From contig KZ538258.1 in assembly GCA_000934665.2 (NCBI GenBank), positions 1-64,000 on the forward strand: a stretch of 64,000 nt of DNA, read 5' to 3'. The position numbers and the translations under genes were made by a program. A model generated the notes under the pieces. That model did not search any database. It was not told where the DNA came from and saw only the letters and a list, made by a program, of their open reading frames with translations. The stretch's first letter is position 1. Each line of letters begins with the position of its first letter. Below are positions 38,501 through 51,580 of this stretch, piece after piece. Origin of the DNA: Catajapyx aquilonaris. Its lineage: Eukaryota.

Positions 38501-41500
38501 CTTTGTTGTTTGTTGTGTTGTTTGGTTGAAATAATAAGACTGATGCTCGTAAATAAACTAAAGCAAGTTCGTATTCGATCAAATTAATTTTTCAACGCTA
38601 GGCGTCATTCTCGGCCTCGTAGAATGCCATTTGCACTGACAGAGCTAACACCAGTGCGTGTATGTATGTGCAGATGGTTTCGATGTTCTGTACACGGTCG
38701 CTACACGGCCAAAATTGTTTACAGCCTAACCATATAAACAATGCATATTCTGATGCAAAAATAAGTCCTACATGATGAATTGAAACATTGTTGCCTTTCT
38801 CAGTGCACTTCCTGCATCTACTATGGGACTATGACAAACAAGGCATAAATTATGACCCCGCATTAGGCCAAGAGGTCACCTGGGAATTGCATCACTTTAC
38901 ATGTAATAAATTACCTTTGAAGCATTTCTGAATAATCTGACATGCACTCAAATAAATCCTACCGCTCCGAGGGATCCGCCGAATCCCCCCATCTACTTAC
39001 AGTGCCATGCAAGATTCAAGAAACCCCACCATTGTCAAAGGCAGCGCACTTATTTCCCATTCCACCGCCAGCAAGTGCTGGATTTGAAAATACCACCGGT
39101 CTACCAGCCTAGAGAGCCACGGTTGCCAGGAGAGCGTGCAATTCACCACTCCGTGAAAAGCACGAGTGCTCCAATTGCTCTTCCGATTCCTGTCCGACCA
39201 CTCCTCTTCCCATCAATTAAATTCTCGTTCCGCTAATTGTCTCATTTCTTGATCGCCAATGATACCCGCCCGACCCCTTTCCCGCACCGAGTTTAATCTC
39301 ACGGCTCCGATGGGAAATAACTCTCTGCTCCAATGGTAACAGCCATTTTACCCACACCTTTTCATTTCATCATAATATTTTTAAAAGCTACCAGGTCTCC
39401 GCCAAATTTCTCAGGTGAACTAATATGATCCCGACTGTGATTCTTCGGCAAATCGCCACTTCATCGCGGAATTACCACCGCATATATAACCGGACTCCCC
39501 CAGCGATAATTCTCCCGGTGTGGTGGTGGGTATACGTATCCGACAGCGACGAATTTTGGGATTACGGAGACACGATCGCAGGGGCATGAATATTAAACGC
39601 TCCAATTCTGCCGCGAAATCCCTACCGCCCCCCAGTATAACAGCCGCCGTGATTGTGCCTCTGAAACAAGCCTGTCTTTTCCACCGCCAGTGACCCGTCG
39701 TTGCTCTCAATGGAGCCGCCATTCCCGTGTGTTTGCTCCACACCGGCCTTAATTGTCCTTTTCAACCTTACTTTACGTTATTATAACTGTAAGACCGCTT
39801 TTTTTTTCCCCCTCCTGCCGCCCTGCTAATGAAAACTAATTTAATTCCAACCCGGTGCTACATGCGATAACTGCGCACTGTCCGTGCTAATTCGCACCAG
39901 ACCAATTTGCTAATGCCGCCCCCCCAACAAGCACTCTATACTCACCGCTATGTGCAAAACGCCACTAACTGAACCCAAAAAAAAACACCAATCACCACCG
40001 TCACAACCATTCTTATTTTTTCTCTATCTCTATCTCTCCCTTGGCATGTGACCAACCCTAGGGAGAGTCCGGCACTGATCGAATCTGACACATGGCCCCA
40101 TGGGAGGGAATGGGGGGATGGAGGGGACCTATGGGGAGGACGTCTTAAAACGGTTTGACAGGGCTGGTAAGAAGGTCCCTACCGAACACGGACGGAGCAG
40201 AAGACTGCAGGAGGTGCAGAAGAGGACGGGAGCGAAACGCGTGCTGGCAGGCGCTTCCCTCTTCTACCACCCCCCACCCTCCCCCGGTCCGACCAACCTT
40301 CCTGGGTTTCAGCATGGGGAAAATCGATATCTGCCTAGGCTCCCCCCTTTGCTGTTATTCTGCTCCCCGTTTTGCACCAAAAACGGCCGCCCCGACCGCT
40401 CCGCACCTTTTCCTTTGGCCCGCAGACAACGCGGCCGTCACTCAAAACCGATGCTGGGACGTCTGAATTAGGATGGGCCCCGGACCTGGCTCCCGCATGC
40501 CTCCAATCGATGCCGGCTACCCGCCCAATCAAGGCATACGCCAAGCACTTTGGCCCCGAGAGTACTCTCCGGGGGAGAAAAAAAAAAGTGTGGGACCTTT
40601 AAGATGCATTTTTCAAAAGGTCTTATAAAACGGGACCGTAAAGATATGGGTGACAGTCACGGAAGGTTGTGATTGCGTCGGCACGCTTATTTCAAGTGCG
40701 ACTTGCATCTTATGGGAGAAACCCCCCCCCCTCCCCCACCCGGGTAAGCCTCCCCCTATAAAACTTCACGCTTCCAACCCCCTTATCTGAAATCGAGCCT
40801 GGCCGTCAAAATGCGGAAATAGCGTGAACGCCAACTCAACGTGAGGGCTCGCAAAAGAAGAAAAAAAAAAAGAGAGAGAGCAAAAAGGCCCCTTTGATCT
40901 GCACAGATAACCTCCCGAATAATCAACCTGCGATTCCAAATTCCCCTTTCAGCTTCCCAAAATTTCAGACTTTGCCTATGCACGCTTCGAGACATACCCC
41001 CAAGTTGTAAGACACCATTGACGCGACTAGGGTCCATCCTCCACTCTTATTCCCCCGACAGACTAGTGGAGTTCATATTAATTAGGCATCAGTGGGCTTG
41101 CTCGTTTGGAGAGAATTAACCTATTAACCACAGCATGCGATGTTCTGCTGACTCACTCCTTTTATGAGCAAGATACAGTATAATGAGCCCACCATCCCCC
41201 TATAGCTCGGATCTATGCTACATGTATCCAGTAGGGACCTAACTTCTTTTTTTTNGGGGGGGAGGGTATAAAATTGTCGGAATATAACTTTTTAATTAAA
41301 TTTCGATTTTAACGTGGCAGAAATTAACCAAATTATTCCCAGGTAAAAACCCAGTTTTTCCCCTCCGGATGAGTTCGGTATAAATAAGTAGATTTTTCAT
41401 CGACATCGGTCTCAAAAGAACGGACCATTACTTCGCCGAAGCTACTTCATTAGCTCCGGGAGTCGCTATTGATTTTGCGATGAATTGGATTCCTCTGTGA

Positions 41501-43157
41501 CACAAGATTGAGGGCAGGCGTATGGCGGAGCCGAAAATGGCCCGTAAAGGGCTGGAAATGAAATTCTAGCTCTCGACGGATCCCAAACAAAAGGGACTTG
41601 TTTAGAAACCTCCGATACCGTAATATTCCGATTGCTCCCTAAAAGTTCCCCGCTAGTAATGAACTGCCGATTACACCACCGCACCGTCAAGGCGAATGAC
41701 CACGGTCACCCCCCAAAAGTCCATGTGTGCAACCGACGTGGCTGTCAACCGCTCGGGCAGCACCGACACCCCGCCAGTTGCAAAATCAATGCCTCCTATA
41801 AAAAGGCGGTCCCGTATACGCTAATGCGACACTCGAGCAGGCTGCAAAGGTACTCGCTGATCCCCAGAGCGGTGAACCTCACTTAGCCCCCATCATTTTG
41901 TGGGGAAAGCCTTAGTACCTTAGAGCGGCCGTCCATCTAGAAACCCCCTCTTGAAAAGAGGCTCCCGAGAAATCTGCAATGCAGCTGACATCATCCCAGA
42001 ATCCGCCTCTACCATCCCACTCGCAGTGGGGGAAGAAGGCAAGCGACTCAAAACTTGGTTTGCATCCGACCAGTTCTATATTTACAAGTCACTCTCCGCC
42101 CGCTTCCAGAACAAGCGCGGAAAAGCTATTCAAATTTAGCCCAAAAACAAGAAATGAAAAAAGATGGGGACCCTCTCGTCGAGTGGTATCGCAGTGCGCA
42201 TGGCGCAGCGTACTAGCGGAGGTGCCGGCTGTGCCGTCACAAAGGCGTCAAAAGCCTCTTCATGTGTAATTTGCAGCAATGCGGTTGCCAATTAGTTTGT
42301 TGTCGCCGGCAATTCTCCCATAATTATTCACTCCTAATTGGGTCATTCCGTCACAAATAATTGCGTCATAAAGTTTACAGCATCGTCAATTAGCAAAACC
42401 TGGCTTACTGCGTCGGATGCACATAAGACGCCTGATACTTGACGTTATTTACAAGCAGCACGAGTGCAATGTTATGTCGCAGAACTCGGAAATCGATATA
42501 TTTGGGAGACCACAAAAACGGATTAGTCTTCTGCTGCAACCCACATATTCAGCTTCAGCTTTGAAGTTCTGACTTATAAAATATGGCCCTGGCGGCGAAA
42601 CACATGAGACCATTTGGTTACCTCTATAGGCCGGGTAAATCACGGGTAACTAAGTTATCTATCCAGCAGGATGCTCTCTACAATTCACACGGGACGTCAC
42701 CTAAACTACTGCCTCCGCACGCTGTAATGGCGCTATACTACTGTATAGCCAAAAATGATGCGGAGCATTTTGGTCTGGGAATAAGTCTGCTGCGCTATCC
42801 GCTTATTATGCTGGAGATACTGATCATGGGACAAATTTCGTCAGTTTCGTTATTGCATTGTTGATTATAAGTATATAAAGGACAAGAGCTATACGTTCAA
42901 CACATTTGCTTGCTTCTGTATTAAGTGTACACGCTGTGTATGATGACCAACTGGAAAATTTCTGTCGAGTAGCAGCACAAAGAGCAGCATAAAAGCATAC
43001 TCCGCTATAGCCGAAACACGAAAATGGTCTTATCAGTTTCTTTACATCCTGATAGTTAGAAACCTCGGATACCAAGTGTGGTAGTCGTGTGGCATAATCA
43101 GAAAGGATAATCCCTCTATCACTCACATGAGTGACGAACAAAGATTTTCCGAAGGCA

Positions 43158-43345
43158 CAGTGATATCTGTCCGTATAGCAAAGTCGCTCCATTCCGAAAA
43201 TATTTCACGTACTGGATACAGGCTTCCGTGATGTGCTACAGTACAGTTCATAAATATATGGTGTGTAGAATCTCCGCCGGGACCAAACAAAAGTTTCCCA
43301 ATGGGTAAGTTTCCGCTGTAGGTTGTGGTTCGACAAGTTTCACTG
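43158..43345. mobile_element. Tigger/pogo-like MITE (CAGTGAAAC family)
   Basis: CAGTGATATCTGTC ... GACAAGTTTCACTG|TA; internal tttccgct motif shared with the copy at 56917. Confidence 0.6.
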
Positions 43346-45586
43346 TATAACAATATCGCTATTCAAATTCGAAAGGAACGGAAAACTCAAGAGAAAATGC
43401 GTATACTTGGTATTAGAGGCATACTGAGTGTAGGTCCTAAATTAATCGGAGGCAATGTTGACCACGCTGACGTTAGGTCTTCCCGCAAACATACGACCTC
43501 TAACTCCATCATTTCAACTCATATCCCATTTTACCGGCAATATCGCGCGATGTGGACCAATCAGTTATACACCTGAATAATACTTTGAGTGACATGAAAA
43601 CTGGCAGTGATTACAGTATACCGCAAGGTACTCTTGATGCCAGCAATCCTGTCTTGAAAACCTATCCATGACGTACGAAACACCCCCCTAAAACCCCCTA
43701 AAAATGTATAGCCATCGTCAGCAACCCGATTATCTGTACAGAACCGGACGCAAAATGATGGCCTTATAATCACTTCCGATAGGATAATAAACATGTTTGA
43801 CTAGCTGTATCACAATGATCGGGGCTCCCTAATGAGGAGTCTCCTTCCCAATCGATGGCCGACCCATTTATCTTTGCACCCCCACCGTACAAACAATCCG
43901 CACGCTGCCTATATGTGCGTGGCGGCGTATAATCCCTGCTCTCCCATAATTACCTTCAGTTTCTTGGGTGGTGGCCAGCAGAAGAAGAATGGTATAGGAA
44001 TGGCGTTTTCAAAGTGACCAGCGGGTGCTTCGCGTCCAGAAAGGAAAAACTGGCAGAGATCGATGTGAGGAAGGAAAAACGTACGTCGAGAGGAGAATAA
44101 GAAACGGCAAAATGGGCCCCAAGCGACCGTTCTCTGGATGTTCTCTCGGCTTTGATACAGGAGTCGATATTCGGCTGCTCGCTGGAGCAACGTTTTGGCT
44201 TGCTCCAGGTAAAGGGAAACGCACAACTCGTCTAGTTGGAATGGTGTGCCAAAAGCACAGCATCCACAATGGAATGTTATTCTGCCGTTTCCCTACCAAA
44301 GGTCCAGGCCTGGATGTACGTAGCAGGAGCGGCCACAATGTGGTCACCGGGCCGGCTCACAGGTGGAAGCTGCGACAATATTAAAACTGAACACGCTGAC
44401 AGCAGGGGGGGATAGCTGGCTTGTGCACCCAAAAAATGTGACTGGCGATAGGAAATCGAAACTGTGAGTAGTTGAGAACAAACGTTCCAGAGTGGCGTCC
44501 CTGTGTAACTAAACGTGTGCTAAAAGAATGGGAGGGAACAGCAACATAACGATCCGACTCCAATGCCGATACCATCAGTTCGTTATGACACACACGTTTC
44601 AGTCTGGTTGAGGTTGGTATACAGTACAGAATATCTTGCCCCTGCCTATATGTGACGCACTTCCCTCTGTAGTCTGTACACATTCGCCAGGCACAGACAA
44701 GAGATTCAAATGAGATCAACCTATATGCCTACATCCCTGTGCAGATTGAAGAGAAGACGGCATGTAATTTGCAGACAACTTTCTGATTACTAACCAAGAT
44801 GCAAATACAAAACCGGCGAATTGCCCCGAAGCAAACTTAATCTAGCATGAGCAGTAAGCGCATTCTTGGTCAACATGCTACCGGTATACGAGATATTCCT
44901 CTATGCAGACTGTTCTTTACAGTAAATCCTATTGCTAGGCATATAATTATAGGCCTTGCTCGGATGAAAATCAGTGTTTTCAAAAGTAGCCATATACTGC
45001 ACGCCCGTGCTTTAAAGCAGTTGTATCATACATATACCACAGAACAGTTAAAATAGGTTTTGTATAAAGCGGTTACCTTTAATATGCAATATTTCTACAT
45101 TTATCCAATAAAAATATTCACTGTACAATAAATAGGCTACTACTAGGAACCTGCCGCTTTTTATGATACTTAATCCAGTTTGGCAAGTAAAAGTTACTTA
45201 TAATGCACCTGTAATGCACTCATAACTATAAGCACTATAATGGCTCATGATAAAATTCACCACAGGTAATTTGTGCTGAATTTGTTCCAAGTCACCCAAA
45301 CTCTGCAGGTCTTTTTTATGCCAGATAACTTATACAGTAGAAACTGTAATATACACAGTATAGTGTATTATACAATCACTGCCTGTCAAAATTTACAACC
45401 CTACTTCCTCATTCGATTACAAAGTTACCAGTTCCGTATCAGGGTAAATAGATTACTGTTTGAGGCCAAAAAAATCCTGACAGGGAAAAGTTCAGTGAAT
45501 ACAGAAATTAGGCAAGAAAAGGTCATGATACTTGTGTAGCCCTTTGAACCTCAAAAGCCAGCGCCCGTATCATAATCCCACACAAT

Positions 45587-45754
45587 ATACCCAATCCACA
45601 CGCGACAACTCATGGCGATAAGGCTCTCGCGAAGACGCGAAGTTGCCGGTCATGTTATGATAATTTCATAGGTGTGCCAAATGCATGAACATGTAACAAC
45701 TCCGTGCTTTCGCGAGTCTTGTCGCCGGAAGTTATCGCGTTTGGATTGGGGTAT
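45587..45754. mobile_element. Palindromic MITE, Harbinger/PIF-like
   Basis: atacccaatccacacgcgacaact ... agttatcgcgtttggattggggtat with further inner inverted matches (ctcgcgaag / tttcgcgag). Confidence 0.75.
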
Positions 45755-46901
45755 TAGTTGGTATTAAGATAAGGCTGTGGGTTAGCCAAACAACTGTAAT
45801 TATGGCAATGTACAGGGTGAACCAGAACTCCAGGTCAATTTCCCGCCAGGTCCAAAACAAGTCTATACAATGTGAGTGAGAAATGTCGAAAACCCAACCG
45901 TTAACTGTTAGACTATAATATAGTCCTCTCTGAAGCAATAGCAAACGCAGAATAATACCCAGCTGGACCCAATGAAGAATGTACTCCCCAGGCACACTAT
46001 AAAATTCCATTATTCTCTCCCGCACTTATTAGCCTGGAAGGAAGGAGGACTCCAAATAATCAGATATGAAGGATTCCTTGATTACATTCCGGTTAAAAGA
46101 CGCCCCGGAATTTTTTCCCCCTCCCGGACCTAAAATTAAACTGAAATCGACAAGAAAATATTGACCACCGGGAAGCCTAATTTGGTATCAGTAATGAGTT
46201 GCCCTTCCTGCACGTACCGATGAATTACCATTGCAAATAACGTGCACGCGTTCGACTACCCAACTTCAGGAGTTCGTTACGTGAATAACAAACTTCATCA
46301 TCCACTATTTATTGTTTACATTTGAATTCCCCATGCAGCCTATAATATACTGCTACGCGTATATGGCCTAGAAAACCCGTCTTCAATGCAGATTTTCTAC
46401 TTCATCTCAAAAATGGAGCAAGTGGTTCTCTTTGCAGAAACCCATATGAACCATTCATCGTCCAAAACTGCGTCTCTATTGCGGAAGTAGCAATCGGGTT
46501 GGGTAAAGAGCTCGCGGCTATTCCTTCGATACTTCCCTCAGCTTCAAAAGGGGCGGATGGAAATGAAGAAAACGACGCCGTTCGGCTACACCGGGATGAT
46601 TCTGCTTCACGAACAGATATAACAGCCCTCTTCTGCTTACGCTTCACAAATTGGAAAACGGCGGATAGGATTAGAGTTGGCAAATAGCTCCTTTTAATAT
46701 TCATGCCGCTATCGGTAAGTTCTCCGGCTATTATCCCCCATAGGCAATTACCGTACGTTTCCATGAGCAGCTCCAGATTAATAAATATATCAGGCGTAAA
46801 GGGGATGACGTTCCGCGGTCCTATACAGTATACTATAGCATGTCCACATACAACATTGCGGAATGCGTTGGGTAGATGGAATCTTCAAAGTCGTCACTTA
46901 C

Positions 46902-46998
46902 CTCAGACACATATTTCGGATTGATGTCGGCCAAAGTTCTAGTTCGGCGACCAACTCCACCAGAGGCTTCTATAGTTGCGCTCGGCATCGGAGAACTC
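46902..46998 (-). CDS. CdGAPr: Probable upstream coding exon of the CdGAPr-family gene ((R)SSPMPSATIEASGGVGRRTRTLADINPKYVSE)
   Basis: Strong acceptor cttaatctgattttgcttccatgcag| and perfect donor GAG|gtaagt. 97 nt, phase 2 in and phase 0 out, matching the 48859 donor and the 22417 acceptor. Confidence 0.75.
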
Positions 46999-47716
46999 CT
47001 GCATGGAAGCAAAATCAGATTAAGTGCAGGAATTCGCAATGAGTTGGCAGCACTTGCGGTGAAGCACAGCTATGAATAACATGTCCTTAGAAGGGATATG
47101 AATCTGGCATAACTGATGGCAGTTAGCATTCGTTTCCTTTCGCAGAGTCATTACTGAATCTCAGAAATCTTAACGCTCAGCTTCAAGACACGCCTTTCGT
47201 TAATTAAGCTTTCAGGCGCTTCGCCAGCCAAACACACTTTCCGACTCTCCAACACCTTGAGCCCCCTTTTACACGCTTCAAAAATTCGCTAATCCGGCCT
47301 GATGGTGGAATCTTAAAGGAGAGATTCGTCTCGACTTGGAATACCTAACAGTCATTTTCGCCGTAATCAGCATGCGTTATCTCCACCCTCATCCTGCGCC
47401 TTTCCTTCACCTACCGTTCCCATCATCCTGACAAGCCTTCCACCATGATTATCCAGGCTATACAGGCAGTTCCCAACCTCATTGTTCCTATTCGTTATCC
47501 TAATTTTGGCACTCGGCTATTTTATTAAGCAGTTTTCGTTCTAACACTACTGCTGATATCTTCAATAGAAGCATCCCTGCTCAGCACTGGAAATAGAGTC
47601 TAGCCCGGAAAGGGGCTCCAGATTCCAATGGTTCCGTGGCCATTCTGTGTTAAGTTCCATTTTTATTTATTTAATGCTGCTTCTGGAAGCAACTATATAG
47701 GAGAGGAACTGCTTAA

Positions 47717-47998
47717 CCCTTAACTAGTGACCTGGAAAATCCTAACACTCACGGTGACTGGGGTGTTTAAAGACCCCAGGGGATTTTTAAAATATAACTT
47801 TCATTTAATGATAAATATTTGCTTTTAAATTCTTTTACACAACACCTGCAACTGTTTTCTACAATTTGGTTTAATTTTCAACTCTCTAGCTGCCGTAGAA
47901 CGGAATTTAAAAAATCATATACCTAACTACAATTAAACATTTTATAACAAAAAAATTGCACCTGGGGTGTTGAAAGACCCCAGGTCACCACTTAAGTG
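47717..47998. mobile_element. piggyBac-type MITE
   Basis: TTAA|CCCTTAACTAGTGACCTGG ... CCAGGTCACCACTTAAGTG|TTAA: TTAA target duplication plus a duplicated subterminal palindrome ctggggtgtt(t/g)aaagaccccag. Confidence 0.85.
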
Positions 47999-48858
47999 TT
48001 AATGAACAGCATTTAGTGCCAAAATTCTCGATCACTAAGTTTTGTAAAATTCACCTGAAATATACCCCGCAAAAATTCACATTGCGTAATTTCTGCCTGT
48101 TATTTTTTGAAATATCACTGCTGGCCTAATAGGATAAAGCAGGCTATACAATGTACAATGCGCATAACGCATCCCCTGAGACGTGCCGCTAAATAATTCC
48201 TAAGTGACTGTGAAGTGTTATAAAGCTTTTAAAAGAACTCTCCACTGCCATGTAACGTTGGTCACACAAAATTAAACACCTCCTCTCCATGCGTTACGTA
48301 ATTTATAGTGGCCCTGAAACGCTACATTAGTTATGTGATGGCCGGTCATCTCAGAGGTTGTGTTTACAAGAAACACCACGTCTCGTCGACAAACGACACG
48401 CTTGACTATATTATCAGCACGTGACATGTAATACATTCCTCTTCTCAATTAACACACTGCCCTTCTCTTCCTGCACACTGATTGTCCCTTACGACACTGG
48501 AATTACGCGGAACACATCGATTGTAAACAACGAGTCACCTTCACTGGGTGCAAACACTGCAAACTGCTTTACAACCACCAATGCTCTTTCCTTCCTTCCT
48601 TCCATTACGACTCGTCGGAACTTTGTAAACAAAATTCCCTCTATCTTCATATTTAAATCAAGAGGAATGAAGTACCTCCTCGCTTCTTAAAAAATGCAAA
48701 AGGAGGCGTGTTTCCGCATCGTAATTAAATCCCACAGAAGCGAAATGGAAGCAGGTCTCCGGACACTGCAGCGTTGGGGCCTTTAAGAAAACTGGCTCTG
48801 GGCCACGACAAAACGTCGATTTGCCTTGGTTGCGAGCTAAATGAAATTTGAGGCTCAC

Positions 48859-48944
48859 CTAAGGTCTCGTAGTGGTAGGCTTCGTCGTCTCTTCGGGGTG
48901 GGGTGTAGTGGCAGAGGAGAGGCCGCATCCACCTGGTCGCCCAT
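48859..48944 (-). CDS. CdGAPr: Probable first coding exon of the CdGAPr-family gene (MGDQVDAASPLPLHPTPKRRRSLPLRDL-R); the exon itself starts at 48955
   Basis: Acceptor ctattgtctttttcag| at 48955, ATG in strong context ACAATGG, donor AG|gtgagc in phase 2 that reads in frame into the 46998 exon. Confidence 0.7.
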
Positions 48945-51349
48945 TGTACTCAAGCCTGAAAAAGACAATAGACCAGCAGCTTTTAACTACCCCTTCCGCA
49001 TATTACAGAGCGCATTATACAAAGCATCTTCTATTTTAAAGGGGATGATATTTCGTGTTGATAACTACTACTTTTTATGCCGTATTGCCCGTATAACATG
49101 TAAAGCTGGCATTGTGAGTGTCTGATCCATCAAAAGCATCCCAGGTTTCCTGACAAGTTAAGCAGATGACAAAGGCAGCAGACAGGTAGGTCTCGCTTCA
49201 TGCATTGTACTGTACCCGCAGGAGAAATAAGCCTTGCGTCAACTGTCCACACGGAAACCAGCCAAATAATAATTACTTGTCCGATTGTCACACCGCCTTA
49301 TGGAAGCTTTACAGGCCTCGACAGCCTGACCTAATGAAACACAAACAAACACTATCACGAATGGGCACAATTATTGCAACATGTAGTAAAATAATTACAC
49401 ACATTTGTACTACCATAGACAAATGAGACACCTAAGAACTTATGACGGTAACGTTGGAATGCTAACCCTGCACAATTTGCTCACGTTCCATTCCTTTTTG
49501 TCGCCTATACAATGCACCCGATATGCAGATTCCATTTTCCCCGCACTTTAACCAGCAGGTAAATGGATTTTCATTGCCACATGTCACTTTTCGCATATTA
49601 GGGACCCAAACGGACACATCCCGGGCATTACCTCAAAATCTTTGAATTTAGTGACAGTATACCCTGTGGACACCACCGATTTTCGCAATGCCAACCAACC
49701 GTATTTTGAGAGCAACCCCCAAGCACTCCGATGCTAAACTGTTAATCAGTGCAACTCGGGCCAATTCGGATCAACGTCATTGGGCACAAGTAATCAAATT
49801 GCCGGCATTCCCGGAATTTCCATCCATGCACTCCCGTCTGGCTGCTGCTCAGTTGTCTGGATCAATTACATGAGAGAAATTCAGCTCTCGACCTCTCCTC
49901 CATCTGGATGGTGTCCATCAATGCTTTACAACGCACCGGGGCCCACAGCAGCGCCGTGCCTTCATCGATGAGGGGCATTTGCACCTCCATGCTACTGCTC
50001 TGCTATCTACTGGACCGGCATCGAAGCTTTTCGGCCGCACGTCAACATCTGACGTGCCCGGAATCTGGACTGGGGGGACTCAAAAACTTTCGATCGGATT
50101 CAGGAAATGTCTCTTGAAAAACTTTCATGCGCATAGGCCGGCCAAGGAGTTGGAATAAGTAGTCCTAAGGATTTCCAGGCCGCGAGCACTTTGCCTTTGA
50201 AAATGTTAGATGCGCCCGTCACTCCCGATCAAGGCGGCAAAACGTTCTGCTCCCCCAGGCCGATAGCTATTGATTTGCACAAATAGACCTGCCACTACTT
50301 GAAATTCGCGCCGTCAATATTAGCTATACGACTCCCGGGTTACGGTAAACACACCAGCGCTTCATACGTCCACAGTGGACTAATCCACACCTGATAACTC
50401 CCATTTCAATTACGTGGCGAACAACAACTCTTCGTGTATAGAGGACATATCATTCTGCCTCTGTACTAAAAAATTTATGCGCCATGCTGGCAGTGCCCGG
50501 ATAAACTATACTGCCTTTGAGATGGCATATTTTTCACACAAGCACCATCCAATACAGAGCGATTCACTGAAGCCTCCCCCCCCCCCCCCCCNGCTGGTAT
50601 ACGATATTGCAAAAGTTATATATTATGGAATACTGCATTGCGAAAAACCTGTCTTGGTTCCTGCATAGCATGCATAAATCTTCAGAATTCCAGGAGGCAG
50701 GGAAAACTGGTCTAACTGTTAAAATGTATTAGACTTGGGGGATTCACCGAATCGCACTGTATAACTTACTTGCAGTAGACCTATACCTTTATTTCAGGTA
50801 GATAGCTATATTTCCTTAGGGCCATGATCTTCCACTAGATGCTCGAGTGCACGCACATTCTTAATCAAAGAATTACCGACGTGTTTCCGGTACAATAGAC
50901 AAACATAAATTCTTTCCTCGGCTGACAGGCGTGAAAAAACATTCGGTTTTTTCAGCCGGCGATTATATGAGGTTTATAGCATGAAAATGTTAGGCTTTTA
51001 CAATAGGAAGTATACATTTAAAATCCCCAGTAAGTTAATCGTACAACTTTGTTATCTCAGTAACCTCCGATCCTAATCACTTTGTGCTTTCGTCGGTACT
51101 TCTACTCATAATCGCACCTCAGTACAACTGATGATCGTATATATTCATCACTACTTATTAACACCATTGTTAAGAAGCAATAAAAATAAGCAGACAATGG
51201 ATAATGAAGTTGTATTAACCGTCATGTGTTATTTGTGACGTACTGTATACTGCCAACAGCAATGATGCCGCCAAGTAATTATACCTATAATCACGACGCT
51301 ATTGTACAATTACCTTCCTATAATTTAATTTCATGTACACAATATGTTT

Positions 51350-51580
51350 GGAGCGATACGGAAGTGTAGTGACTAATGCAACAGCCTTCCAACTCTGAGA
51401 TCCCGACTTCGATCCCACGATCGAACGGAGGATTTTCTCATGTGAGACGGGCTCGGAGGAGTTGTCACCTTGTTCGCGTGGCTCTCTCGTTTACTTCTAC
51501 GTCCTAAAACCCCTTCTATCCATATTACCCCCTGTCCTCCCATGCCACATGATCTTGGTGGCCCTCAATAAACAGAAACA
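51350..51580 (+). mobile_element. tRNA-derived SINE (tRNA-Gly-like head)
   Basis: A-box-like agtgtagtgact, gccttccaa anticodon-loop-like segment, B-box-like acttcgatccc, tail gtggccctcaataaac shared with the copy at 62890. Confidence 0.65.

Noticed and set aside
51350..51425. tRNA-Gly-like sequence as a real tRNA gene
   Set aside because: Acceptor and T stems do not pair properly, and it continues into a SINE-like body shared with other copies.
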